A stretch of DNA of 64,000 bases, from positions 248,001 to 312,000 of the forward strand of contig OZ025649.1 of the NCBI GenBank assembly GCA_964019335.1. Reading direction: 5' to 3'. Under the pieces are notes generated by a model. It had not been told where the DNA came from, did not search any database, and saw only the letters and a list, made by a program, of their open reading frames with translations. This stretch comes from Diplonema japonicum (Eukaryota; Protista; Euglenozoa: Diplonemea). This document shows, piece by piece, positions 38,401-50,040 of the stretch. The translations under genes and the position numbers were made by a program. Each line of letters begins with the position of its first letter. Within the stretch, counting starts at the first letter, position 1.

Positions 38401-39370
38401 CCCCGAGTGCTGGGTCATGGAGATCACCGAAAACATGATCATCTGCAGGCTGGACCACACGAGCGCAGCAGGTGCCTTCGAGACGTACGTGCGGCATGCT
38501 TACGGGGAAAGCGAGAAGGCGTTGATATCAGTGATTCCCGGGAACTTATATCTGTTGTTGAAGAACACAAAACTGGTGTTAGCAGTGTCGAACATCGTAG
38601 GCTGGATATGCACCGTAGTGTGGACAGGGTCCCTGGCGATGCTGGCAGTGTCCAACGAGATCAACAAATCGACAGCAGGCGTCGCCACGGACATGGTGGT
38701 GTACAACGCTCTGGGGCTGCTGTGCTGGTCAGCTTATGTTATATATTTTTACGTGTACCCTGAGCTGGGTGTGCCTATCATAATCCAAGATGTCCTGTAC
38801 CCTATCCTGACATATCTGGTGGTGCTGCTGTTCATCTCGCAGCTATGGCGTTTTGGAGGGCAGGGCGTCACCTCCTTCGCCAAGGCATACTGCTTCGCTT
38901 TGGTGTTGTTTTTAATGCGAAAAGCTATCTCCGAAGGATCTGTTTCATCACCGGATTTTGTAAGCACGCTGGCTCGCATCCACTTAGCCTGCGCTGTTGT
39001 AAAGTATATGCCTCAAGTTCACTTAAACTGGGTCAGGAAGTCAACTGAAGGTTACAGTATAGCAGCTGTTTGGCTTGACTTTGCAGGTGGTGCGCTGCTT
39101 CTCCTTCAAATGTTTTTTGACGGTGTCATCAGGCACAAGTGGTCGCTGATGATTACCTTGAACTTCCCCAAGTTTCTCTTGTGCTGTGAGGTGATCATGT
39201 TTAACCTCATATATGCTTTCCAGCACTACTTCCTTTATGGACCGGTGCCCCCAATAGGTAAACAAGAACCAAGCCCCAGGGATTCATACAGGGAACCCTT
39301 GTTCACAGATTCTTTGATTAAAAAACGGCCGAAGAGATCTTCTGATTGTGATGACAACACCCTGCCTTAA
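35462..39370 (+). CDS. Cystinosin-like PQ-loop transporter fused to a ~1000-aa lumenal array of Cys-rich IPT/TIG-like repeats
   Basis: Signal peptide; repeated P.I..(V)..GC....C..G..ITI.G..F...V.......C.I......I.C units; C-terminal multi-TM region with SNIVGW, KYMPQVHLNWVRKSTEGYSI, LDFAGG...LLQM and FQHYFLY, as in cystinosin. Confidence 0.85.
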   Translation: MKQGAALLLLLIVRSQAVELKNEVVSLWYSEGEVGKGCVRGNGTKELEECKGSMTLGVMGRMPLQEGTVVYLRGLEDSYNLVECATLQIINAFITCKIREVAVTGTYRVLLGTDPQEAFITFTPGTAVHKLIYDSQHCVPLSPAPACEPGSIIAFKGTGLQNVKKVSLKPACGEPGWCTILHATQTRITCRMEYSLADGEGASNCEPVLPVVDVTLSTGNSVIEIPQNIAVLGPPQIAKLGYDTGCNGAMGVHIDGCRPNTVVTILGSFLSIGDGSSVVTLSGRTGTANCTVLASSFGRIQCLLETSSAGTFFLYVISAGGRSEELATLSTSSLPAVTSLSVESGCTGGNNTLGLLSCANGTVMSFHGQGLEGNVQVEFNSNEDECRCQVVSLLPVPSCMLLCSERTTKVVLRAIVRVSGIRTKEDVTVEYVEPPKVNGVSGPCGGNKDTRGQISLFGCKNTQLITVHGRGFYSSSTVHLVSMFLGADRPETIETHPSLNETWCHVQANLSTASQLICQLSYLNLPKPDVDLYAVVVRSLGGFSETFLDATSKSIPLITLEPQPSIQSIVGCIRPHETLLEVCVMKDRGLLSIQGNGFRKGASMVEFNKAPVKAKKEVDDVDAQTDGALQEIQGLIEGAKSSVFKENEPIPLCSIQLSSPTFISCTIESKEAYGSYDVRVVAPGGVFSVPEGVTILQKPIIAAVTGCLGNEDPKGLRQQVVVQDGGWENAVAMMGMQKRTQQTCRNGDAITITGSGFGDNTKANVSISSNINTQLVNFTTTAVTDEMIIIQLNHGKLRGEHKIAVHTEGGDEVYSNSIDLVPNPAVHTLVSIDCFTHKTTGIECKSGSIIELLGDSFNDLQAVKLVKTDNQSVMAPCVIMNATDAKIRCRVKHSYESGRFYPKVVTTGGSAAHSTMLNLIPLPRIRSIVYKAAGHCREGNNTRAVSGCMSGTTLTIVGDNFGSNPVVTLKAGGAGGKNGPPECWVMEITENMIICRLDHTSAAGAFETYVRHAYGESEKALISVIPGNLYLLLKNTKLVLAVSNIVGWICTVVWTGSLAMLAVSNEINKSTAGVATDMVVYNALGLLCWSAYVIYFYVYPELGVPIIIQDVLYPILTYLVVLLFISQLWRFGGQGVTSFAKAYCFALVLFLMRKAISEGSVSSPDFVSTLARIHLACAVVKYMPQVHLNWVRKSTEGYSIAAVWLDFAGGALLLLQMFFDGVIRHKWSLMITLNFPKFLLCCEVIMFNLIYAFQHYFLYGPVPPIGKQEPSPRDSYREPLFTDSLIKKRPKRSSDCDDNTLP

Positions 39371-39948
39371 ATTTTAAGAAGAAAAAAAAAAAAAAGAGAG
39401 AGAGAGAAAAAAAAAACCCTCCCGTCTTCCCTTCTCTTCATCTTCATCTATACAATTATATTTTAAAAGTTTCCAGCGAAGTGTGTTTTTTTTTTCTTTT
39501 TTTTTTCCCCCTTTTTTTTTTCCTTCTAACTTTTGTTTTTGTTTATTTTATTTGTCGTTATACAAGTGAAGTGGAAGGAAGAGTGATAAAAAAAAGGGGG
39601 TAAAAAAAAAAAAGTGAGAGAGAAACAAGAGAAACGGGAGTTAAAAGAAAAAAGAAGCTAAAAAAACCCCTCCCTCCAAATGGGGGAGGTAAGGAGAACA
39701 GCTCTGGAAAGGGTGGCGTGGGAGGGGCAAATATGTTTTTTACTCACGAATTAAAGCCGCCCACCGTAAAAAAAAAAAAAAAAAAAGAAGAACTATGTCA
39801 CTCCATAGTGGTGCGAGCGAGATTTCTTTTTTTATTTTTGTTTTAATTTTTATTGCCCCACTTTGTGACGTTCTCCTTTTCTTTTTTTTGGTTTGTTTCG
39901 TTAAGTTACTCCCACTTTTTTGTTGTTGTTGTAGATGAACAAAGTTTC

Positions 39949-39991
<43 letters not shown>

Positions 39992-40035
39992 ATATTATGA
40001 CACAGGTTGTAAGAAAAAAAAAAACAAAAAAAAAA

Positions 40036-40363
40036 ATGGGTAAGCGCACTGTTAAGGTTGGTATCACCGGTAAGTTCGGTACTAGGTAATGTCGACAGCA
40101 AAAACAAACAAACAACAACAACCTACCACAGGTACGGTGCGAACTTGAGGAAGCGTGTCAAGAAGATTGAGATCTCGCAGCACTCCAAGCATTTCTGCGC
40201 GCAGTGCGGTAAGTTCTCCATCAAGAGGAAGGCTGTCGGCATCTGGCACTGCAACGGGCCCTGCAAGATCACTTTCGCCGGTGGTGCCTGGTCCCTGCAC
40301 ACCGTGAACAGCTCAACTGTCAAGTCCACTATCCGCCGTCTCCGTGAGCTCCAGGACAAATAG
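40036..40363 (+). CDS. RPL37A: 60S ribosomal protein eL43 (L37a)
   Basis: [17 protein letters not shown]|[17 protein letters not shown]...C..CGK...AVGIWHC...GGAW; intron 40086-40131. Confidence 0.97.
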
Positions 40364-40493
40364 AAAGTGTACTGAATTTCCACCCCCCCCCCCCCCCCCC
40401 CCATCATGGACAAAAAACCAATTTTTTTTTTTTTAATTTCTTGATTTTTATTATCACAAGAGGTAACACAAATATAAAAAAAAAAAAAAAAAA

Positions 40494-41240
40494 ATGGACC
40501 AACTTCCCCACATGAGCAGCCTTACGAACAAAGAGCTGAATTCACTTTCGTCGGAAAAAATAAAATTTTTCAAAAAGCACGTGACAAAGAAGTACAACAC
40601 TGAGCAGGGCAGCCTGTCTGCAGGGGACCTGGAAGAGATGATATGGCAGATGGAGTGCATCGAGAAAGAAGTCTCCAAACGGGGAACAGACGCAGATCTG
40701 AACCGTTTGAGAAAGGCGTTGGAACTGTTCCCCGGCTGGAAGGAGACGCTGCGGAAGAAGATTGATGAACGACGTTTGGCGGAAGACAACATCAAAGATC
40801 GTCTGGGCAGCGGGATGGGGTACACGGTAGAGGACCGTGACAGGGAAAACGCGGAATTCGCAAGGGATCTTGGCAAACAAGTTGAAGAGGTACATGCCAC
40901 AGGGCTTGTTCTGAATAATCTGGTTGAGGAATCTAAGGAACCTCTTGAGCACATCGACACTCAGATGAATGAAAATGTAGAATCCTCTAACGAGGCTCTG
41001 GCAGAACTTTCCAAAGCAAGCAAAAATCGTTATGGCACGGTAGGCATGACCTTTGGTATCCTCTCAGGAGTGCTTGTCGGTGGTGGTGCTGCTGTTGCGG
41101 GCCTCGCACTAGCCCCTGCTGTTGCAGTGGCGGGCGTTGGAGCGTACGCCGGCCGTGCCGTTGGTAAAAAACTTGGTAAATCTGCACATGACAGTGGGAC
41201 TGCAGGTATCAACGCACACATTGCATCCGCTCCAAAATAA
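40494..41240 (+). CDS. Syntaxin-like t-SNARE with glycine-rich hairpin membrane anchor (syntaxin-17-like)
   Basis: SNARE-type heptads LNNLVEESKEPLEHIDTQMNENVESSNEALAELSKA, followed by GMTFGILSGVLVGGGAAVAGLALAPAVAVAGVGAYAG and a basic tail. Confidence 0.65.
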   Translation: MDQLPHMSSLTNKELNSLSSEKIKFFKKHVTKKYNTEQGSLSAGDLEEMIWQMECIEKEVSKRGTDADLNRLRKALELFPGWKETLRKKIDERRLAEDNIKDRLGSGMGYTVEDRDRENAEFARDLGKQVEEVHATGLVLNNLVEESKEPLEHIDTQMNENVESSNEALAELSKASKNRYGTVGMTFGILSGVLVGGGAAVAGLALAPAVAVAGVGAYAGRAVGKKLGKSAHDSGTAGINAHIASAPK

Positions 41241-41865
41241 CTACCTTGTGTAATAAGTAATAAAAAATATCCTCTCTAGCTGCCAAAACTTTTAAAAAAA
41301 AAAAAAGAAAGGAAGAAAAAAAGAAAGAAGAAGAAAAACCTACTAGCAAAACAAGTTTCTTTTATTTTACCCCCTCCCTCTTTTTTTTTTTTGTTCTTCT
41401 CCCCTTACGAAGAGCATTGTAGTTAGCAAAAAGAAAAAAAGGGAAAAAGAAAAAGAAGATGCTATTGGTTTGAACAAGATTATAGATGTGTAAACATTTT
41501 TTTGCTGCGTTTTTTGCAAAAACAAAAGCAAATCCACGCCATGTTTCTTTCTTCCTTTCTGTGTTTGCAAATTCAGTTGTGTTCTTGTTTTTTTTTTTTC
41601 TCTCGTTTTTTTTTTCTTCTTCTCTTTTTCAGCAGTTTAAGCTAGGGAAGCGAAGGGAGAGGTGGGATAACATTTGGGAGAAAAAGAAAATTATACTTTT
41701 TACGTTGCTGATATCCCTCCCTCCCTTTCTTCCATATCTGTCTCTGTCCCCCATTTTATTTGTATGTTTTTTTTTTTTCTTTTTTTCTCTTTCTTTTTTT
41801 TTTTTTTTTTTCATTTTGCAACCAACATTCAAGCTCGCTTTGCAGCCTGAAAAAAAGAAAAAAAA

Positions 41866-42945
41866 ATGAATTTGTTAGTAGTGATACACAACTTAAAGAG
41901 GGAGGGGGCACAGTTGGTAGCGTTCACCTTGGCAACGAGGCTTAAGGAGCATGGTACTCAAGTACGTGTTGCCGCAATGGAAGGAGGACCTCTGGAGGAA
42001 GAACTGGCAAGGGCAGGGGTAGAAGTCAAGATCTGCGATAACGAGAAAGAGGTACTTGATTTCAGCAACAACAAGGATGTAGTGCTGGTAAACTCCATCA
42101 TGCTACACGGCGTGGTGCAGGAGCTGCACAAAGCAGGCAAATCAAACAACACCGTTTGGCTGATCCACGAGTCGAATCTTGCTGTTCTATATAGCCAACT
42201 CGAAGGCCTCGAGGAATGCCTTAAAATCAACAAACTTCACGAAAGGTGCGCCGCTGTCGCCTTCGTGTGCAACGCGTCCTTGAAGGAGTTCACCGCCGAG
42301 CACCCAGACGGACGGTTCACATACATTCATAATGGTGTTGATGTTTCACATATTAAAACCTTTGCAGGCGAACGGGACACAGTCCGTTCCACCCTTGGAG
42401 TGGGGCCCCTCGATGTTGTAGTCCTCACAGCAGGTACACCCAAACCCAGGAAGGGTCAACTTGGGGTCGCACAAGCATGTCAAAGCATCAAGACACCCTG
42501 CCTCGTTGTTGGGTGCAGCACAGAAGGCACACCTTACGAAGAGGATATCCTGCAGGCCCAGAAACCGGATGCTCCCAAGATTCACCTCATCGAGCGTGGC
42601 CCAGCAGAGCACGTCTACCGCCACATGGCAGCCGCTGACCTTTATGTCTGCAACTCTGCGATCGAGTCCTTCCCGTTGTCCATTCTGGAAGCTATGTCTC
42701 TGTCCTTGCCTGTCGTGACGACGGACATTAATGGCATCCCTGAGCAGGTCACGCACGGGAAGGAAGGGCTCCTCTATCCTATCACAGACACCACAGAGCA
42801 TCTGGAGAACTGCCTCACCACGCTTGTCACCGATAAAAGCTTGCGGTTGCAATACGGCACCGCAGCGTATGAGCGGGTGCAGGAACACTTCTCCCTCGAT
42901 GCCATGGTTGCAAAGTGGGCGGATCTCCTCCGCAAGGTTCTGTGA
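41866..42945 (+). CDS. Glycosyltransferase family 4 (GT-B)
   Basis: EGAQ N-terminal motif, PRKGQ, and ESFPLSILEAMSLSLPVVTTDINGIPE (EX7E signature). Intronless. Confidence 0.9.
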   Translation: MNLLVVIHNLKREGAQLVAFTLATRLKEHGTQVRVAAMEGGPLEEELARAGVEVKICDNEKEVLDFSNNKDVVLVNSIMLHGVVQELHKAGKSNNTVWLIHESNLAVLYSQLEGLEECLKINKLHERCAAVAFVCNASLKEFTAEHPDGRFTYIHNGVDVSHIKTFAGERDTVRSTLGVGPLDVVVLTAGTPKPRKGQLGVAQACQSIKTPCLVVGCSTEGTPYEEDILQAQKPDAPKIHLIERGPAEHVYRHMAAADLYVCNSAIESFPLSILEAMSLSLPVVTTDINGIPEQVTHGKEGLLYPITDTTEHLENCLTTLVTDKSLRLQYGTAAYERVQEHFSLDAMVAKWADLLRKVL

Positions 42946-43084
42946 CCCCCCCCCCTGTTATTTTTTAACTTACGTTTCCTTTTCCTTCCTTTTTTTTTTT
43001 TTCTCCCTCTTCTCTTTCATCTTCAGAGTCTGTATCTCACCAGAAAAAAAGGAAAGGAAAGGGAAAAGGGATAACCCTGTACAC

Positions 43085-43858
43085 ATGTATAAGATGCAGC
43101 AGATGGTGGGGATGGTAGGGATGTACGAGGCGACAGAGGACGAGGAGTATGTCAAGATGAAGGAGATTGCAAAGAACTTACGAGAGGCGTGCAAGAAAGT
43201 GCACAACAAGATGGAGGACGTGGCAGAGGGGAGCCATGAACTGGTGAAGAACATGAAGACACTGTCAACCTGCATGCTTGATAAGTATTTACTGAACAAG
43301 GAATCAACGGGGACGGAGCCGCCAAACACGATACTGCTGAACGTGGCCAGGGACCTGGGGGGGATGGAGTTCGGGGAGAAGGAGTTCAGCGCTGCGCTGA
43401 AGGGATGCAGGAATCTTATCATTAAATTCGACGCGGAACTCAAGAAACTCGAGGAGTACCGAGAGGAGAGGAGGGGGAAGAAAGAAACATATGACTACTA
43501 TAGATACGAACTAAAGATCAAACAAGAGGATCTTGACCGAAGAAAGAAACCCTACGCAAAATCGAACTCATACCTCAAAAAGAAGGCAAAATGTGACGAG
43601 GCGCATGAAGAGTATGTTGCGGCAAACGAGATCGCCAAACGGCACATGATGACCTCTATCCAGCAGCGAGATGCGATCCTTGCCAATCTCCTGCAATCCT
43701 ACCTCAAGTCTTGCTCGACATTCTTCCTTTCTCTCCACACCCGGTTTGCCCAGCTCCACGATTGTACAGTGGCACGCATCAGCTCGCCTCTTCCCTCCCC
43801 ACGTACGTCGCCCCTCTCCTCTGGCCCCACGATATCCGACGAAACTATGTACTCGTGA
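43085..43858 (+). CDS. BAR-domain-like helical protein
   Basis: ATEDEEY start, three long amphipathic helices and a YDYYR motif. The upstream part of the track ORF is intergenic or overlaps the GT4 gene. Confidence 0.6.
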   Translation: MYKMQQMVGMVGMYEATEDEEYVKMKEIAKNLREACKKVHNKMEDVAEGSHELVKNMKTLSTCMLDKYLLNKESTGTEPPNTILLNVARDLGGMEFGEKEFSAALKGCRNLIIKFDAELKKLEEYREERRGKKETYDYYRYELKIKQEDLDRRKKPYAKSNSYLKKKAKCDEAHEEYVAANEIAKRHMMTSIQQRDAILANLLQSYLKSCSTFFLSLHTRFAQLHDCTVARISSPLPSPRTSPLSSGPTISDETMYS

Positions 43859-44075
43859 GAGGCAGCTTCAAGTTGCATTATTATTATTTTTTTTTTGCCA
43901 AATCTTTTTTCTTCTTCTTGTTCTCCTTCTCTTGGGACACGGCTTTAAGTTGTCGTTACTTCCCCCCTCCCCCTTTTAGTCCTTATTGTAGTACCCGAAC
44001 GAAGGAGAGGGCAGCAACAAAAAAAGAAGAAGAAAAGAACCACCTCACAGCACCGCCATTCATCATTAAGAAAAG

Positions 44076-46315
44076 ATGTTGAGAACAAGGGTTCTTCGCG
44101 ATGCCATGGAGAAGGCGAAAAATTCTCTTCCCGAGCAGTGGAAAAAGAGGGCCACCAAGGAAATGAGGGGCAAAGGCGTTGCCGAAGACTTAGTATTCAA
44201 AACGGAGGAAGAGGTGGTGATCAAGCCGGTGTACGACCAGCAGGGTGAGGAGAGGTCACTGCCGGGTGAGTTCCCGTACACGAGAGGGCCTCACGCAACG
44301 ATGTACACCGTGAGGCCATGGACGATCAGGCAGTACGCTGGTTTCTCCACTGTCGAAGAGAGTAATGCATTCTACAAGAAGGCCCTGGGGATGGGTCAGC
44401 AGGGTCTGTCCGTCGCCTTCGATCTTGCTACGCACAGAGGCTACGACTCTGACCACCCTAGGGTCCCTGGTGATGTCGGGATGGCTGGTGTGGCCATCGA
44501 CACCGTAGAGGACATGAAGCGTCTCTTCCAAGACATCCCCCTTGACAAGATATCTGTCTCCATGACCATGAACGGGGCCGTCCTCCCTGTCCTTGCCTTC
44601 TTCGCTGTTGCCGCCGAGGAATCTGGTGTTTCGCAGGACAAGCTGACCGGTACTATCCAGAACGACATCCTGAAGGAGTTCATGGTGCGCAACACCTACA
44701 TCTACCCCCCCGAGGCCTCCATGAGGCTCATCTCCGACATCATGGGCCATCTCGCCAAGTACCAGCCAAAATTCAACTCCATCTCCATCTCCGGCTACCA
44801 TCTGCAAGAAGCAGGTGCCAACGCAGCCCTGGAGCTTGCCTTCACCCTGGCAGACGGTCTTGAGTACATCCGTGCCGCCCAAAAGGCCGGGCTCACCGTG
44901 GACCAGGTGGCCCCTAGATTGTCCTTCTTCTTTGCCATTGGGATGAACTTCTACATGGAGGTCGCCAAGCTCAGAGCGGCGCGTACCCTCTGGGCACAGC
45001 TTGTGAAAAAGCTTTTCAACCCTAAGAACGAAAAGTCGCTGCTCCTCCGTACCCATTGCCAGACATCGGGCTGGTCCCTCACCGAGCAGCAGCCGTATAA
45101 CAACGTCATCAGGACCACCATGGAGGCCATGTCGGCAGTCATGGGCGGCACCCAGTCCCTCCACACCAACTCCCTTGACGAGGCAGTGGGGCTGCCAACG
45201 GAGTTCTCTGCCGGTCTTGCACGAAACACCCAGATCATCATCCAGGAGGAGTCCGGGATCACCAAGGTGGTCGACCCGTGGGGCGGATCGTACATGATGG
45301 AGTCCCTTACTACGGACCTCATGGAGGAGGCTATGAAGATCATCGACGAGGTGGAGGAGAAGGGCGGCATGACCAAGTGTGTTGCCGAGGGGATGCCCAA
45401 GCTGAGGATCGAGGCCTCCGCCGCCACAAAGCAGGCGAAGATCGACTCCGCGCAGCAGGTGATTGTTGGTGTGAACAAGTACGTCGCAAAGGAGGAGGCG
45501 GAGTACGAGGTGCTGAAGATCGACAACATGGCCGTCCTCGAGGCGCAGAAGGAGAAGCTCAAGGAATGCAGAGCTAACAGAGACGAAGAGATTTGCCAGC
45601 AGAAGCTTAACGACATCAGGGAGGGTGCCAAGGGTGACGGGAACCTGCTGACGTTGGCTATTGAAGCGGCGAAGGCGAGGGCCACGCTTGGGGAGATTTC
45701 GCTGGCGATGGAGGATGTGTTCGGAAGGCACGTGGCAAAGGACGGGATGGTGAGGGGTGTGTACAACAGGGAGTTCGCTTCGAATGACGAGCTGCAGAAT
45801 GTGTTGGACGAAGTATCTTCGAAGGTGAAGAAATTCGAGGAGAAAGTGGGTAGGCGCCCTAGGATGATGGTCGCAAAGATGGGACAGGACGGGCACGACA
45901 GGGGCGCAAAGGTGGTGGGCACAGGCTTCGCTGATCTTGGTTTCGACATTGATGTGGCCCCCCTCTTCCAGACACCTGAAGAAGTCGCCGACATGGCAGT
46001 GGATGCGGATGTCCACATTGTGGGTGTTTCATCTCTCGCTGCAGGTCACCGTACCCTCGTCCCCATGCTCATAGAAGAGCTTAAGAAGAGAGGCGCTGAG
46101 GATATTATTGTGATCGCCGGCGGTGTCATCCCTGCTCAAGACTACCAGGAGCTGTACGACGCTGGTGTTGCCTGCATCTTCGGCCCAGGTATTATTTCCC
46201 TTTTTTTTTTCTCCCTTCTGAAACGTACAAACCTACATATTTCCTCACAGGTACATCGATCCCCAAGGCGGCCAATGATCTCCTTGACAAGCTGTACGAG
46301 TCTGCGGAGATCTAG
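44076..46315 (+). CDS. MMUT: Methylmalonyl-CoA mutase (adenosylcobalamin-dependent), mitochondrial
   Basis: [25 protein letters not shown]-like LARNTQ, and B12-binding [10 protein letters not shown]. Intron 46189-46250 gives ...[25 protein letters not shown]. Confidence 0.97.
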
Positions 46316-46615
46316 GGAGGGGGAGTGTTGATATATTACGTTCTGATTTCCCCCCCTTCTTTGTGTGATTTTTTTTTTCTTTTTTTTTTTTTTTTTTTTT
46401 TACTTCAAGAGTGTCCCTTTTTTCATTTTTTTTTTCCCGAAAAGGAGAAAAGACTCCATCCACCAAAGCTGTCTTGTTCTTTTCCTTTTTTTATTAGTAT
46501 GTCTTTTTTTTTCATTTTTTTTTTTCCCTTCGTGATTTGGTATCCCCCTTTTTTTCTTTCTTTCTTTCGCAACAAATATTCCCCAGCCTTTCTCTTCGAG
46601 GAAGACACGAGAGGG

Positions 46616-46647
<32 letters not shown>

Positions 46648-46908
46648 GAATGAACCACGACCACAAAACGTAAAATACAAGGAAAGGGGGAGGTGGGGGG
46701 AAGGGGGGGGATGACAAACAAAGCTGGGCATTCACCGGCTCTCTTTCATTATCTTTTTTTTTGGGGGGGGGATGTTTCTTCTTTTTTTTTCCGTGACCCC
46801 TCTCCCACCTTCCCCAGTTCCCCTTTCATCTCCGTCTTTTCTCTTCCCTCGATCTCCATACCAATCTCCACAGCACGGGAGGGCCCTGGCTCCGGCCCTT
46901 AAAAAAAC

Positions 46909-49035
46909 ATGACGCAACGAGCGAAGCCGTTTTTCTCGTCGGCTGTGACTAAACAATGGGATCATTACATGGCAACAGGGGTGCAGAAGGTGCACCAAAG
47001 CTTGTTTGGAAAACCCGCGAGATTTTCTGGGAAGAACCAGCCCATGTACAAGGGTAACTATTCAGTCCCTATGAGCCACCCTACAAACCACCAGTCAAAG
47101 ATAGGCGCCAGGGTCACAGGGTACTGGGTACCCGAAAACGCGAAGAAAAAAAACATGCGGCCAAAACACGAAATCTTTAACAGCACTCATAAGGATGGCA
47201 TTGCATTGCAAGGAACCAAGAGGCTTGCGCATGTGACGATACCCAACAAAGTAGGCACACCTGCAGATGTGCAGTTCGCGCGGTATACTTCCGAGACGCT
47301 TCACGACCTTCAGCACACACCTTTGCTGCATCAACAATGGGATCCCGAGAGGCATGAACCCCATCCTTTCTCAAAAACCGACCCCAATGGCCGACCCATC
47401 CCGCCACCCCCGCTTCCCGACTTCCCCCGTTTCTACAACAGGGAGGTGTTCTCAGAGCTCGACGCGTGGCAGGCATCCACCAACGACGTCAGGTACAACA
47501 AGAACACAGAGTGCTACCTCTACTTCCACTTCTGGGCACACGATGACAAGTGGGTGCACAAGAGGCGGATCGACGTGTGGGACTACGTGAAGAACATCTC
47601 CAGAGAGTACATCAGAGAGAAGCTGGCAACAACACAGCGGATTCTGTACGGGGAGCAGCAAGGCGACGAGCACATAGAAAACATGCGGGCAACCGGCGAG
47701 AACGATGTCGTGATCACCAGACTTGGGAATAGTAAGGTGACGGACAGGAACAGCGGGTTCTGCAGCGTGCGGGTCCCTCTTAGGGTAAGAAATGCAGACC
47801 CGTTGAAGGGCGCGATTAACTCAGGGGTGCTGAGGTACAAGTTCGACGGGACGTGGAACGAGGTCCCCGTCGCCAAGGATGGCCTCTGCATCGTGACTGT
47901 TAGAATGCTCGAAACAGAAGTCGAGAATGCTGATCTTGAGTTTGCCTTCAGGTCTACCGCCTCCGACGACACCCACAACACCATCAAGCTCTCTGTCGTA
48001 CCACAGACCAACGCCGCTCTCCCTGCACCTCCCGCTGACCTCTTGAAAGCCCTCCCGGGCTTTTCGATGGACGAAGCCGCGAAGCTCTACCAGCAAGAGC
48101 TGCTGGTGTTCGAGGAAGAGCTCATCAACACCCTCTACAACCTCGATGCCATCATGCACCCTACGCCCATCCTCTATGCGTGTCAGAACGAACTGGCAGT
48201 GATGGCGGTGAATGAGAGGATCAGCACCAGGCAGGGGAAGAAAGATTTCGATTGGTGGTTCCACCACCAGTCTTTCAGCTTGTATGTGACTTTCATCAAT
48301 CCCTATGACCCACAGGTACTTACCCTTCCACGATGAGGAGATGCTGCATGCCATCAACAACTGGAGGAGCGCCGTCAATCAGAAGGTCGGGAACTCCCCG
48401 TGGATCGACTCGCTGAGACAGCACTCGCCGCAGCCTGTGAACTGCTTGCTGCAGGTGTTTAAAAAACACAACAATGTGTGGGACGAGAGGGTATTCAAGG
48501 TAGAAAATGATGTGGAAGCAGAGTTCCAGGAAGAGCACGCGCAAGAGTGGAGCTTTGTGGAACACGCGAAGGAGCCGCAGCCGACACAGCCGATGCACGT
48601 GAGGGCAAAACACCCTGCACCCATAGACACGAAGAATGCAGCGCAGCTGCTGCATGAGAACGAGGAAGCGGCTCGGGATGAGATCTGGGCACAGATGCCC
48701 TCAAACAACCACAAGGTCCTTCACGAAGGACAAGCTGCTTCCTACGCAGAGGAGTACTTCAGGGACACCTTCGCTGCACGCAGGGCCACGAACCAACCTG
48801 TGCACCCTGCTGACCAGCCTGGCATCGAGGTCGACGAAGTTTGCGAAACGCCACCAGCAACCGAGAGTGAGAGGTATGTTACCCACAACCCACAGCAACC
48901 TTCAACTGCAGGCCCAAGTACATCCGTCGCCTTGGTAAGCTCTACCGTAAATATTACAACCCCTACAACGCGATGCCCCAGAGGTTCGCTCCCGAGAAGG
49001 ACGCGGCCAGCGATTTGGTCAGTAGCAGATGGTGA
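46909..49035 (+). CDS. Hypothetical protein, possibly mitochondrial
   Basis: Introns 48282-48315 and 48874-48911 join ORFs 46909 and 48305 and a final exon ending ...DLVSSRW* (49033-49035). N-terminus MTQRAKPFFSS. Confidence 0.7.
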
Positions 49036-49210
49036 TGAGGTGCCAAACATCACATTCATTATTAAAAAAAAAAGGGATCAGTGTGTGTTTTTTGTTTTTT
49101 ATGCTCCCATCCCCTTAGTGTGTTCACGTCCCGTCCCCTGAAATGTTTTTTTTTTTGTCTTCTTTGTGTTGCGCAGCGTACAGTCCTTCAAGGGTCCATC
49201 AAAAGAAGAA

Positions 49211-49996
49211 ATGCTTCGTAGAACGGCGCTGAGGGGCGTGTCGGGTGTGTCGCCCTTCAAGGGGAAGGTGTATGGGCTGCAGTCGGACTTTTTCGACCCG
49301 CGTGTGACGTACGCTGACAAGCCTTGGGAACTGGAACTGAAGGAGACAACGGGCATGGCAGGGGTGGCTGTCGAGCACAGATGGAGGAAGAAGCTGATAG
49401 CGTTGTACAGCACCATTCTGAACGACCTGAAAATGATACCTGAGGACAACGTGTACAGAATGAACACGGAAAACATCTACAGGGAGTTTCTGCGTATTGT
49501 GAGCAACGTGGGGGACACCGACTGGAGAATTGTGGAGAGGAAGATCGGGCTGGGCCAGGTCGAACAGCTCATCTTCATCGCGATGGACGAAAGAGAACTT
49601 GTTCAAAACTACGCGGAATGGAAGCTGTGGCTGATCCCCGTTGAGACTGTTCGGGAAATTTGCGACGAAACGGCGATTGACACCTTTGCGTACGATGCAG
49701 GGGCACCGCAACCGTACCTGTCAGAGGAGGAGATCAATGACATGAAGAAGATCGACCAGCAGCGGATGGCTGAGGAGCAGAAGACCATCCAAGCAGATCT
49801 GAAGCAGCTCTCCGGGAAGACTTCCAGGATGCTCATCGATGATGCTGCAGCAAGGCAGCGAAAGAGAACAGAATACAAGCATGCCATCGACCAGTACATC
49901 AGAGAAACCAAGCTGGACGCTGTCGTCAATATCTCCAGTGACGGTGCCGTGAGGGGGTCTACTAAGTACAATGACAGCACAAAGGCTCAGATCCCG

Positions 49997-50040
<44 letters not shown>

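Noticed and set aside
44256-46016. 586-aa minus-strand ORF
   Set aside because: Antisense shadow of the codon-biased MMUT gene; no recognisable motifs.
46909-47300. Possible mitoribosomal protein identity for this gene
   Set aside because: Resemblance too weak to name without a profile search.
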